This document shows, in pieces, positions 1 through 10,073 of a stretch of DNA of 56,420 nt (its first letter is position 1; each line of letters begins with the position of its first letter). The stretch is from a virus (taxonomy: Duplodnaviria > Caudoviricetes). The translations under genes were made by a program, and so were the position numbers. A model generated the notes under the pieces. It was not told where the DNA came from, ran no database searches, and worked only from the letters and a program-made list of their open reading frames with translations. Location: the IMG/VR virus record IMGVR_UViG_3300032218_003378, positions 1-56,420 of that record; one strand, 5' to 3'.

Positions 1-12
1 GGGGGCTAAAAA

Positions 13-1041
13 ATGGCCTTGCCACTATTTAAGCTTAGTGATGAATTAGAAAACACATTCTCTTCTGGTTTATTCAGTACATCTACAATTGCTCAAAATT
101 CAAATTATCAAGTAACTAATATAATTAGATCTTGGACTTTTGATGATAATATAAGTTCAATAATGTCTGCAAATACTAGCTTAGCTCTTGCAGCTACTGG
201 TGGTACACCCACTCAATCTGCATCTGCTACTTTATCTTCATTAAGTAACGCAGTATTATCTACGGCATATCCTGTAAATATAGGTAAAACTTATCCTTCA
301 TTTATAACTTCTGGAAACAACAGCGGATCGGGAACAACAGCATCTGTTCAAATTCCCGCAGTAGTTCCAGGACAAGTAATATTACTTTTTCTTCATAAAT
401 CTGCTGCAGCTACTTTAAGCACATCTCCTTCAGGTTTTACTTCTGTAGGAACAGCTCTTCAGGTTAATGGTACCGCCGATTCTGGAGCAGTTTGGTATAG
501 AGTTGTTGACGGATCTGAATCTTATCAAATTTATAGTGCAACATGGACAACATCTGCTTCTTGGAACTTAGCCTATGCAATTTATAATGGAACCAACCCT
601 TCTCCAATTAACGCAGTTTCAAACTCTTCACTAGCCGCTTCAAGCGGAGCAGTACTACCATCAGTTACTTCAACTGTTGGGTATACAACAGCAATTTATG
701 TATCAATGCCGTTCTTGTCTGGTACAACAGAAACAACAACTTTTGGAGGTGGTGTAACTTCTCGTTTTGATTACCCCTCAACTACCGCTGGTGAAAGCAT
801 TGCAATTGCAGATAAAACAAACGGCACAGTGGGTACCGCTTCAGGTACCAATACAATTACAACCTCTGACACTGCGGCTAACCTTGCGTGGACAATTGCC
901 TTGGCGGGACCTCTAGCAAGCCCTATATATTATAGTGAATCTTCTTATTTAAATGCATTGAGTACAATTACTTCTAACGCTATAAATGCAGGTGGCGGAG
1001 TTACAAGCATTGAATCATGGGGATTCTTGTCTATTAACTAA
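13..1041 (+). CDS. Putative virion structural/fibre-associated protein (Ser/Thr-rich beta-sandwich)
   Basis: 342-aa ORF with GGGGG RBS-like run at 1-5; S/T/A/G-rich, few charged residues; adjacent to fibre genes. Confidence 0.55.
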   Translation: MALPLFKLSDELENTFSSGLFSTSTIAQNSNYQVTNIIRSWTFDDNISSIMSANTSLALAATGGTPTQSASATLSSLSNAVLSTAYPVNIGKTYPSFITSGNNSGSGTTASVQIPAVVPGQVILLFLHKSAAATLSTSPSGFTSVGTALQVNGTADSGAVWYRVVDGSESYQIYSATWTTSASWNLAYAIYNGTNPSPINAVSNSSLAASSGAVLPSVTSTVGYTTAIYVSMPFLSGTTETTTFGGGVTSRFDYPSTTAGESIAIADKTNGTVGTASGTNTITTSDTAANLAWTIALAGPLASPIYYSESSYLNALSTITSNAINAGGGVTSIESWGFLSIN

Positions 1042-1141
1042 TATAATATAATTAATTCATATTAAGGGGAGAGTGAACCTGAATGGCAGGCCACCTGTAG
1101 AATAACTATAATTTATAAAATATAGCATTTAGCAAATATTT

Positions 1142-1150
1142 TGGTATACT
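1142..1150 (+). promoter_or_regulatory. Extended -10 promoter-like element TGGTATACT
   Basis: TGn-TATACT in an intergenic gap, followed by AGGAG and ATG at 1160; same family as other intergenic motifs in the window. Confidence 0.55.
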
Positions 1151-1159
1151 AGGAGTACA

Positions 1160-2254
1160 ATGGCTACTAATTATCCTACATCTTTGGATTCTTTTACGAA
1201 TCCCGTCTCAACAGATACTCTTGCTACCGCAGGGGGATCAACAGCAGTTCCACATGCTAATCAACATGCTAATTTAAATGACGCAGTATTAGCTATACAA
1301 ACAAAATTAGGTACAGGTTCATCTGTACCATTAACAAGCGGTGGAACAGGTAAGACAACTGCACCAGCTGCTATGGCTAACTTGATGGGGTACGCAAGTA
1401 CTGCAACAGCGGGAACAACAACTACCCTCAGCAACGTAAGTTCATATTATCAACAATTTACTGGAACATTAGCTCAAACAGTTCAGCTTCCTTCAACTTC
1501 CACATTAGCACAAGGTTGGACATTTCATATTGTAAATAATAGTACTGGTAATTTGTCAGTTGTTTCAAGTACATCTGTTTCAATTATTACAGTACCTGCA
1601 GGAACAACTGCAATGGTTACGTGTATTGATATTACGGTAGATACATTAGCAGCTTGGGAAGCTGGATTAACAGATTTTAGTACATATACTGGAACAGGAG
1701 CAGTGGTACTTGGAGCCGCTCCAATTATTACTCTTGCAAATGGTACTGGACTTCCTATTAGCACTGGCGTATCTGGTTTAGGTACTGGTATAGCTGCTGC
1801 TCTTGCTATTAATACTGGTTCTGCGGGTGCACCTGTTTTATTTAATGGTGCACTTGGAACTCCTACTTCTGGAACTCTTACTAGTGTTACTGGTTTGCCT
1901 TTAACAAGTGGAGTAACTGGAATTTTGCCTATAGCAAATGGCGGAACAAATCAAACTGGAACTATTACTACGCTAACAGCTGGAACATTAGCACTTGCAT
2001 TATCAACAAATTATAAAGTTCAAGTTACTCCAAATGCTACAGCATCATTTACTACAACAGTTCCAGCAGCAGGAATTGAATGTACTCTTATAATATTAAC
2101 AAGTGGAACAACTTCATATACAATGACATTTGGTACTGGTTTTGTATCACAAGGAACTTTGGCAACAGGAATTGTTAGTGCTAAAACTTTTGTATTTAAA
2201 TTTATATCCAATGGAACAAACTTAGTTGAGATATCTCGAACAATAGCAATGTAA
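1160..2254 (+). CDS. Tail/head fibre-like protein
   Basis: N-terminal MATNYPTSLDSFTNP...HANLNDAVLAIQTKLG motif and repeated TGLP..GV.G.LP...GGT fibre-shaft motifs; AGGAG RBS. Confidence 0.7.
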   Translation: MATNYPTSLDSFTNPVSTDTLATAGGSTAVPHANQHANLNDAVLAIQTKLGTGSSVPLTSGGTGKTTAPAAMANLMGYASTATAGTTTTLSNVSSYYQQFTGTLAQTVQLPSTSTLAQGWTFHIVNNSTGNLSVVSSTSVSIITVPAGTTAMVTCIDITVDTLAAWEAGLTDFSTYTGTGAVVLGAAPIITLANGTGLPISTGVSGLGTGIAAALAINTGSAGAPVLFNGALGTPTSGTLTSVTGLPLTSGVTGILPIANGGTNQTGTITTLTAGTLALALSTNYKVQVTPNATASFTTTVPAAGIECTLIILTSGTTSYTMTFGTGFVSQGTLATGIVSAKTFVFKFISNGTNLVEISRTIAM

Positions 2255-2266
2255 AAAGGGGGCTAA

Positions 2267-5200
2267 ATGTCATATAGACAAAGAGTCCTAAACGACTCTC
2301 CTGTAGGTTTTTGGGAAATAAATTCTGTTGCTGCATTAACATATAGCGATAATGTTATTACATATAATGATATTAATACGTCATATAACGACCCTAATGA
2401 AAAATATATCAATGATACATCTACTAATGCAAATTCAGCACTTCAATTAGGTGGATCATTTGTTGCTTTGCAAGATGTTCTTCCACTTGTAACAAATTCA
2501 AGTTATGATGGGCAATTAAGTGGTGCAAAGTTTACATCATTTTCTACTTTATCTATATCTAATCCAGTTAATAAATATAAGATGTTTTATAATGGTACAG
2601 AGAGTTTAAGTTTCTCTATGGAGTTTTGGCTTTCTTTTGATCAAAATCCCGCCGTTACTAATAATATTATAACTATTAAAAATTCAACGGGAACCGTTGG
2701 TCAAGTATATGTCAATAATGACAAAATTTATTTTACTATTTATGGACAAAATAAAGCATCTGCATCAGCTCTTCAATATACTACATTTAAACAAGTAAAA
2801 AGTTGGGATTCACAAAACCATATTTTAGTTTCATATAATAATAATCAGATTAAAGTTTCTGTAAATTCTATGGGTTCAGATACTATGACTCTATCTAACA
2901 ATTTTGTATTTTCTACACCGTATAGTTCATCTTCTACTATTAGATATGAACTAGGTCCATCTCCAACAACAAATAATTTTGTACTAAATGATCTTGCTTT
3001 TTATGATTATGTACTATCAGATAATTTAATTAAATCTCATATGGTCTGGGGAACTACTGATTCTTCCCCGCAAAATTATATAAAGAAAACAGATGGATAT
3101 TTAATTGATATTAAAGAAACAGAAAATATGTTTGCTTTTAAGCGAGACTTTTCAGATTCAAGAAATTATAATGAAGGACTTATAGATAACCTTGTTATAG
3201 ATAGAGATGGATTAACATTAAAAACAATACCTAGTTTAACTGAAGAAAAACGTGAATCTACTACTGTGACAAGAACAAATTTATTGTATAACCCATCACT
3301 TGAAGTTAGTCTTGCTAATTGGTCTGCAGGTTCTCCTATGCTATTATCTCAATCTGCAGATATAGGATTTAAGGGAACATATTCTTTGAAAACACAAGCA
3401 GGAGATTATTTAAATGACACAAACATAGCTATGACAAGCATAAGCATACCAGATTCAGTAGCATTATCAGGAAAAACAATTACTATATCTGCTTATGTTT
3501 ATTGTCAAGTTGATTCACCATTTGTTGGTCAAACTATTTCTATTTCAGATGAAGCAAGTGGTGGTCCAACTACAGTATCTTATGTTAATCCAACATTAAG
3601 TGGAGGTCAATGGTCAAAAGTTTCAAAAACAATGACATATCCATCAAATGTAACAGCGGGAAGAACATGGGTACTTAGAGTAAATTCAAACTCACCATCA
3701 CTCACAAATAGAATAAATAAATTTCCAGATCCAGGATTTGAAAGTGGCGCAACTACTTATTTTGGTGCATATGCTGGAGTTGGTAAAACTTCAGCATACT
3801 CAAGTAGTACAGACTATGCATATACTGGTACAAAATCAGACAAAAACTTAGCGGGAACTGGAAAAGGAACAGGTGCTAGATATTTAAGTTTAGTTGGTGG
3901 AAATTCTGCAGCAGAAGCTTTAGTCCCAAGCAAGAGCATGGTATTTAGTCAATATGTTTATTGTCCAGTACCAATATCAGTATTTAATTATCTTGATATA
4001 TATAATTCAAGTTCAACATATTTATCAACTATTACGGGAGACACAACATTAGTTCCAGCAAATACATGGACAAAAGTTTATTCAAAAGGAACAACTCCTG
4101 CAAATGCTTCAATTCCAAATATGTTATTGCAAGAATCAGCAACAACTCCATTTCCGTTTAGAGAAAATTTATCTGAAAATCCTTCATTTGAAGTTAATTT
4201 AACTGGTTGGGGAACTATTGGGGCATCTGCAACTGTTCGGTCAACAGCACAATTTTATTCAGGCACAGCATCATTATTAGTTACATCATCAGGTACAACA
4301 GCAATGGGTCCATATCATACTACATATGCTGCAGGAAGATTTCCAGTTACAGCGGGGCAAACATATACATGGTCGATGTATGTAAAAGATATCAATACTG
4401 CTGTTTCATATGCTGCAAGAGTTGAATTCTATAATTCTTTAACTGCTGGAAGCAATGTCGGAACAATTATAGGAACAACAACTCCAATTAACAGCACTGG
4501 GTGGACTCGTGTATCTGTTACTGCCGTTGCCCCAGTAGGTTCTCTTGGAGCAATTCCAACAATTTATTCTACAACAACTCCAACAGCAGGAACTCAAGCT
4601 TATTTTGATGCAGCAGTTTTTGAACAAGAAAGTGTTTTTAATTATGTTGCAACTGGTTCTTTTGATATATCAACAACTGGCTGGTCAGTACTTACTGGTC
4701 CAGCGACGTTAGCAAGAACTACAGCAATTTCTTATTCAGGGCAAGCATCGGGTGTAGTTACGTATACTGGAACTCCAGCAGACACAAGAACACTTCGTTA
4801 TCAATATGGAGCAACTGAAAATTTAAAAGCATACCTTCCCAATGGTCAATACACCCTTTCTGCTCGCATATATGGTGCTGCAAGTCAAGGAATTACGGCA
4901 GTTTATATTCAAGCTGAATCAAACTCATCTCCACTTGCATTATTAACAAGCAACTCTTCTACTAATGCTACACTCAATGGTTTTTGGAATGTAGCAAGTA
5001 ATACATTTACTGTGACAAGCCCTGGGTATGTTGTTATTAATGTTGGATATGTAGGAACTCCAGTAAATGGAAATGCATTTTATATTGATAATGTAATGCT
5101 ACAAACTGGTGCTTCAGTAACTAGTTTTAGAAACTCAGAATATTTTGATGGATCAACAGGTGGTACTTTTCAAAGATGGACTGGAACTGCCAATGCTTCT

Positions 5201-8038
5201 ACATCTATTGATTCTCCACCAGTATATATTGATGCTGTATCTATGGAAGTTGCAGATTCTTATAATGCAACATTAAATCCATGTATGGCAAGGGATTTAA
5301 CTGGATGGCACCAAAATTATTCAGTAACCGCTCCAACATTAACAAGGTTAACAGGATTAACCGATGTTCCAAATAAAAGAATTACAACAGCAATAAATGT
5401 GAATTCACCTGCAGATGCAGCAAGAACATGGAATTTTTTAATGGGTAAAGTAGAAGGAGCAAATGGATTTTTTGTAGCTGGTCAAACATATACTATGTCA
5501 TTTTACGCTAAGTTAAATTCAGGATCTAGTACTGGATATAACATGTGGTTTTCTAATGGATCATCTTTAAATAATCCAGCAAATGGAGTATCATTTACCC
5601 CTACATCAACCTGGCAAAGATTTTCAAATACTTTTACTGCAACATCAAATTTTGATTCCGATACAGAATGGCATATTGATATGTCTGGTACAGCAGCAAC
5701 TAATGTATCATTTACTGGTTTTATGGTTGAAAAAAGTGCTACATTAAATACATTTGCAGATTCTTCATATTTTGATGGATCTACTACGGGGTATGCATGG
5801 AAAGGAACTACAAACGCTTCCCCCTCATATCAAGTAGCACCACTTTATATAGACTCTACAATAGCAGAAGAAGCATCATCTGTTAATTTAATAAATAATT
5901 CATCTTTTGAAAATAATATAATTGGTTGGGATGTTAATAGAAGTATTGCTGGAACAATTGAACAAAAAGCAATTACATCCCAATATGGAAATAAAGCATT
6001 ACTTATTACAAAAGATGCTGGTTATTGTTTTGGTGGAACTAATGTAGGTGGATTAATTCCAATTACAGTTTATACATTAAGTGCTTATATATATTCACCA
6101 ACTGCAACAACAATAAGAACAGTTATTCGTGATAATGGTGGAGCTGAGTACTCACCAGCAACACATTCTCTTACCCCTTATACATGGACAAGAGTTACAA
6201 GAACATTTACTAAATCTGCAGTGGCAGGGACAGTTGTTCGGTTAGATATTGGCTGGGAAGCAGCAGATTGGCCATCAGGAACTATAGCATATGTAAACAA
6301 TGTTCTTTTGCAACCAGGAAGTACCGCCAACGATTATGTTAATTCTGAATATTTTGATGGATCAACTGGTGGTGTAAGTCAATCTTGGACAGGAACTGCC
6401 CATGCATCAACAAGTAAAGATATTTTAAGTTATGCAACAAGTTATATAGACACTTCTGCTGGCGATTTATCTGTATATAATAATGCTTCAGCTAAATTTA
6501 AAAACTTCTCTGATTATTTCAGACCAAATAACTTTTCTATAGTAGGACAAATTAACTGGATACCAAATACTGGATCAAGTCCAGCAGTAATTTTTGGTAT
6601 GGATGGAATAAACGGTGATGAATGGTTATACCTAGCACAAAGCACTGACAAGAAACTTACCCTATATCATCATAAAGCATCTAATGTATACCCATATGGA
6701 TATACAGAAAATATAATTGCTCAAATATCTACGGCAATAACCTCAAATGCAACTTATAACTTTGGTATGGCTATAGATGGAAGCAATGTTAAACTATATG
6801 TCTCATCAATTGGAACTGCAGCTAGTACAACAATGCCAAGTTATTCATATACTAATATGAACTTATACTTTGGTAACGAATATTCTTCTGCTACCACGCT
6901 TCCGTTATCTGGAAGTATTGATAATATATCTTTAATTCCAAAATATCAAGATCCATCTACATACACTTTATATGGACAAAAAGATAATACAACAATTACT
7001 TTTAATAATAGTTTAGCTATATCTCAAAAAGGATCTTGGGTTTATAGTATTGCTTCTTCATTATTAAGTAAAGTGGTGGGATCAAGAATTACGTGGGATT
7101 CAGCTACTTCAGATAATTCAATATTAAGTACAAATCAGAATGTAACCGCACAGATATCTTTAGATAAAGGTACTACTTGGAACAAAGTTACTAATGGCTA
7201 TCCCGCAACACATTTTGCAGATGATTCAACTATACCTTACCCAAATACAATGTTTAAGCTAAATATTTCTACAAGTGATTCATCAAATGCAAAGCAACCG
7301 AGAGTAGATAATGCGATGATTGCTATGTATAAAGATTTAGATATATTATCAGATGGAGCAGCATTTTTATTATCTCCAAGAATGGGAAGTTACACGGGAG
7401 ATACTTATTCAATTAAAAAGAATTTCTTTAACATTCTTGCAAGATCAAGTAATTTTGGCATTAAAATTGATAAGGTGGCAAATAAAAATTCCGTAGCAAT
7501 AATATCTCCTAAAGTAAAAACATCAGCAGTACAAACAGTTGAATTCTGGTTTAGATATGATGGATTAACTTCAACACCAGCTCAAATAATTCTTGATACA
7601 AAAGGAATTACTGCAACCTTATATTTTGATTCTATTGGAAGTTTAAGGCAATATGGCTTTGGAGCAGTATATGTAAATGGTTCTATTTTTACGGGAGTAA
7701 AAAATCTTGTTCAAGGAGAGTCATATCACATAGTTTGCGTGTATAATTTAGCACATAATGCGCCCATGTACCTGGGCGGAGACATTGGGTTAAACAATTT
7801 TTCACTTGCAACTTACGGATTTATTACGCTTTACCCCTCTATTTTGTCACAAGCAGATATCCAGAATAGATATTTGTCTTATTTATCAGCAGCATCATCA
7901 CAGGTTAACTACACTACAGATATAGCCACATCGTCAAATATAGTCGGTACTATTGCTGAACTATCAGGCGGAAGTACAGTTTATAACGGTGGAAATCCTA
8001 TTTTGTCATACACACGACCAACAAATGTAACTCTATAG
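2267..8038 (+). CDS. Large virion protein with LamG/ConA-like and multiple CBM4_9-like carbohydrate-binding modules
   Basis: Begins MSY..RVL.DSPVGFWEIN and has LamG-like signatures (FSMEFW, HILVSY, DLAFYDYVLS, TVEFWF); six N..NPSFE..W-type starts and three YFDGS..W.GT..AS.S motifs. Confidence 0.7.
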   Translation: MSYRQRVLNDSPVGFWEINSVAALTYSDNVITYNDINTSYNDPNEKYINDTSTNANSALQLGGSFVALQDVLPLVTNSSYDGQLSGAKFTSFSTLSISNPVNKYKMFYNGTESLSFSMEFWLSFDQNPAVTNNIITIKNSTGTVGQVYVNNDKIYFTIYGQNKASASALQYTTFKQVKSWDSQNHILVSYNNNQIKVSVNSMGSDTMTLSNNFVFSTPYSSSSTIRYELGPSPTTNNFVLNDLAFYDYVLSDNLIKSHMVWGTTDSSPQNYIKKTDGYLIDIKETENMFAFKRDFSDSRNYNEGLIDNLVIDRDGLTLKTIPSLTEEKRESTTVTRTNLLYNPSLEVSLANWSAGSPMLLSQSADIGFKGTYSLKTQAGDYLNDTNIAMTSISIPDSVALSGKTITISAYVYCQVDSPFVGQTISISDEASGGPTTVSYVNPTLSGGQWSKVSKTMTYPSNVTAGRTWVLRVNSNSPSLTNRINKFPDPGFESGATTYFGAYAGVGKTSAYSSSTDYAYTGTKSDKNLAGTGKGTGARYLSLVGGNSAAEALVPSKSMVFSQYVYCPVPISVFNYLDIYNSSSTYLSTITGDTTLVPANTWTKVYSKGTTPANASIPNMLLQESATTPFPFRENLSENPSFEVNLTGWGTIGASATVRSTAQFYSGTASLLVTSSGTTAMGPYHTTYAAGRFPVTAGQTYTWSMYVKDINTAVSYAARVEFYNSLTAGSNVGTIIGTTTPINSTGWTRVSVTAVAPVGSLGAIPTIYSTTTPTAGTQAYFDAAVFEQESVFNYVATGSFDISTTGWSVLTGPATLARTTAISYSGQASGVVTYTGTPADTRTLRYQYGATENLKAYLPNGQYTLSARIYGAASQGITAVYIQAESNSSPLALLTSNSSTNATLNGFWNVASNTFTVTSPGYVVINVGYVGTPVNGNAFYIDNVMLQTGASVTSFRNSEYFDGSTGGTFQRWTGTANASTSIDSPPVYIDAVSMEVADSYNATLNPCMARDLTGWHQNYSVTAPTLTRLTGLTDVPNKRITTAINVNSPADAARTWNFLMGKVEGANGFFVAGQTYTMSFYAKLNSGSSTGYNMWFSNGSSLNNPANGVSFTPTSTWQRFSNTFTATSNFDSDTEWHIDMSGTAATNVSFTGFMVEKSATLNTFADSSYFDGSTTGYAWKGTTNASPSYQVAPLYIDSTIAEEASSVNLINNSSFENNIIGWDVNRSIAGTIEQKAITSQYGNKALLITKDAGYCFGGTNVGGLIPITVYTLSAYIYSPTATTIRTVIRDNGGAEYSPATHSLTPYTWTRVTRTFTKSAVAGTVVRLDIGWEAADWPSGTIAYVNNVLLQPGSTANDYVNSEYFDGSTGGVSQSWTGTAHASTSKDILSYATSYIDTSAGDLSVYNNASAKFKNFSDYFRPNNFSIVGQINWIPNTGSSPAVIFGMDGINGDEWLYLAQSTDKKLTLYHHKASNVYPYGYTENIIAQISTAITSNATYNFGMAIDGSNVKLYVSSIGTAASTTMPSYSYTNMNLYFGNEYSSATTLPLSGSIDNISLIPKYQDPSTYTLYGQKDNTTITFNNSLAISQKGSWVYSIASSLLSKVVGSRITWDSATSDNSILSTNQNVTAQISLDKGTTWNKVTNGYPATHFADDSTIPYPNTMFKLNISTSDSSNAKQPRVDNAMIAMYKDLDILSDGAAFLLSPRMGSYTGDTYSIKKNFFNILARSSNFGIKIDKVANKNSVAIISPKVKTSAVQTVEFWFRYDGLTSTPAQIILDTKGITATLYFDSIGSLRQYGFGAVYVNGSIFTGVKNLVQGESYHIVCVYNLAHNAPMYLGGDIGLNNFSLATYGFITLYPSILSQADIQNRYLSYLSAASSQVNYTTDIATSSNIVGTIAELSGGSTVYNGGNPILSYTRPTNVTL

Positions 8039-8088
8039 GCATTTTTGTAACAAATAAATGCCATATTTTATGGCTTAATAAATAAATA

Positions 8089-8097
8089 GGCTATAAT
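8089..8097 (+). promoter_or_regulatory. -10 promoter element (GGCTATAAT), probable leaderless transcript for the portal operon
   Basis: TATAAT 8092-8097 lies exactly 6 nt before ATG 8104, with no SD sequence. Confidence 0.65.
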
Positions 8098-8103
8098 CAG
8101 TTT

Positions 8104-8442
8104 ATGGGAAAAATGAAAGTAAGTCCAGTAGAAGAAGTAAATTATGGCCTCTATGTGTGGCAAATGCCAGATGAGTCTGTAGTTATGGACGAAGATGGAA
8201 ACTATCTAAGCATTAAATCAATGCGTGGAGATATAAGGCAGATAAAGAAGCTAAAGCAAGCAGCTAAAAATTATGGAATTGATGAAGGAAAGCCAATATT
8301 CTTTTCTGGCCATAGACAGGTTACAGATGAAGAATTACAAGAACAAAAACAAAGAGCAGAACTGGGACTTGTTCCAGATCCAAGAGATTTACCAGCAATG
8401 ATAGAATATGTAAAGGAAATGAGAGACAGTGGAATCGCCTAA
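8104..8442 (+). CDS. Hypothetical protein upstream of portal
   Basis: 112-aa ORF with ordinary globular composition; overlaps the portal start. Confidence 0.75.
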   Translation: MGKMKVSPVEEVNYGLYVWQMPDESVVMDEDGNYLSIKSMRGDIRQIKKLKQAAKNYGIDEGKPIFFSGHRQVTDEELQEQKQRAELGLVPDPRDLPAMIEYVKEMRDSGIA

Positions 8443-10021
8443 AATAACAATCATGAATGATGATGATAACGAAAGCCAGCTAGTAAATATTAGATCAAAT
8501 GCTGATTATGGCATGAATGGTTCGGCTGTAGATTCTTTTGAAGACCCATTTGCAAAAACTTGGGGGGACATTAGAAAATCAGAAGGACTTAGTTCTAATT
8601 TTCGTAGACAAGCCACTAGATTAGAAAAATCATTTACAGGCGTAGAAGATGCCAAATCAAAGAAATTAGACCCTCTAGATCTTACAGGTTATTCATTATT
8701 TCAAATTGTACAACCTCCATACAACATGCTTTATTTGGCACAACTTTATGATGTATCACCATATCATCACTCAGCAGTTAATGCTAAGGCAGCTAACGTA
8801 GTTGGTCTAGGATATAAATTTGAAGAAACATGGGCAACAACTAAAAAAGTTGAAGAAGCAATGGAAAGCCCAAAAAAGCTTGATAAATTACGTTCAAAAA
8901 TTGAAGATGCAAAAGTACAATTACGTGAATATTTTGAATCATTAAATTCTGATGATTCTTTTATTGAAAATATGAAAAAAGTATTTATCGATCTTGAGGC
9001 AACAGGTAACGCATATCTAGAAATTGGTCGTACATCAACAGGCAAAATTGGTTATGTAGGACATATTCCTACTACAACAATGCGTATTCGTCGTCACCGT
9101 GATGGTTTTGTTCAAGTTGTATATAACCGCTATACATTTTTTAGGAATTTTGGAGATACAGAAACTCCAGACCAGATTGGTACAGATCCACAACCAAATG
9201 AAGTAATTCATTTTAAAATTTTTACTCCATCAAACACATATTATGGAATTCCAGATATTCTATCTGCCAAAAATGCAGTTGCTGGTGATGAATTTGCACA
9301 GAGATTCAACCTAGATTATTTTGAGAATAAAGCAGTTCCACGCTATATTATCACTGTAAAGGGTGCTAAGTTAAATGCAGATTCTGAGCGCAAATTGCTT
9401 GAGTTCTTTCAAACAGGCTTGCGTGGTCGTAACCATAGAACTCTATATATCCCGCTTCCTTCAGATGGAGAAAATAGCCGTGTAGAATTTAATATGGAAG
9501 CAGTTGAAGCGGGGATGCAAGATTCTTCATTTAAGAACTATGCCGTAGAAAATAGAGATCGTATTCTTATTGCTCATAGAGTTCCAATTTCTAAAATAGG
9601 TATGCCACAAGGCGTATCGTTGGCAAATGCTAAAGATGCAGATAAAACATTTAAAGAACAAGTTTGTCGACCAAGGCAGGTAGAGCTTGAATATAAATTA
9701 AACCTTATTATTAAAGAATTTACAGATGCTTTTGTGCTTAGATTTAATGAATTGGCACTTACAGATGAAGAAACACAGTCAAGAATTGATGATAGAATGC
9801 TTAAGGATCAAGTAATTACACCTAACGAAGTACGTGCTCGCAAGGGCATGGCACCTCTATCAGGTGGAGATGAAGTCCTTGAACTCAATCCAAAAGCTGC
9901 ACTTGATGCTGCATCAGATGCAAATGGCGGAAAAGAAAGAAGTCAAAATAGAACTCTTAACGCCCCAGATAAAATGGGAACGGGAAGAAATCCAAAAGGT
10001 GAAGGGAGATCGCAACAATAA
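8429..10021 (+). CDS. Phage portal protein
   Basis: 530 aa, GTG start; portal motifs D.EATGNAYLEI, EVIHFK..YYGIP, YFEN.A.P, I..AHRVP..KIG, ITPNEVR..G..P..GGD. Confidence 0.92.
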   Translation: MESPKITIMNDDDNESQLVNIRSNADYGMNGSAVDSFEDPFAKTWGDIRKSEGLSSNFRRQATRLEKSFTGVEDAKSKKLDPLDLTGYSLFQIVQPPYNMLYLAQLYDVSPYHHSAVNAKAANVVGLGYKFEETWATTKKVEEAMESPKKLDKLRSKIEDAKVQLREYFESLNSDDSFIENMKKVFIDLEATGNAYLEIGRTSTGKIGYVGHIPTTTMRIRRHRDGFVQVVYNRYTFFRNFGDTETPDQIGTDPQPNEVIHFKIFTPSNTYYGIPDILSAKNAVAGDEFAQRFNLDYFENKAVPRYIITVKGAKLNADSERKLLEFFQTGLRGRNHRTLYIPLPSDGENSRVEFNMEAVEAGMQDSSFKNYAVENRDRILIAHRVPISKIGMPQGVSLANAKDADKTFKEQVCRPRQVELEYKLNLIIKEFTDAFVLRFNELALTDEETQSRIDDRMLKDQVITPNEVRARKGMAPLSGGDEVLELNPKAALDAASDANGGKERSQNRTLNAPDKMGTGRNPKGEGRSQQ

Positions 10022-10054
10022 TATCATATAAAATTATGCATTATTTGTAATGTT

Positions 10055-10063
10055 TGATATTAT
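10055..10063 (+). promoter_or_regulatory. Extended -10 element TGATATTAT
   Basis: Lies 10 nt before the likely ATG at 10074; no SD. Confidence 0.5.
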
Positions 10064-10073
10064 TTATTTACAT

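Noticed and set aside
5138-6415. Diversity-generating retroelement template/variable repeat pair
   Set aside because: The repeats are short and in frame within one gene, differences are not confined to adenines, and no reverse transcriptase is in the window
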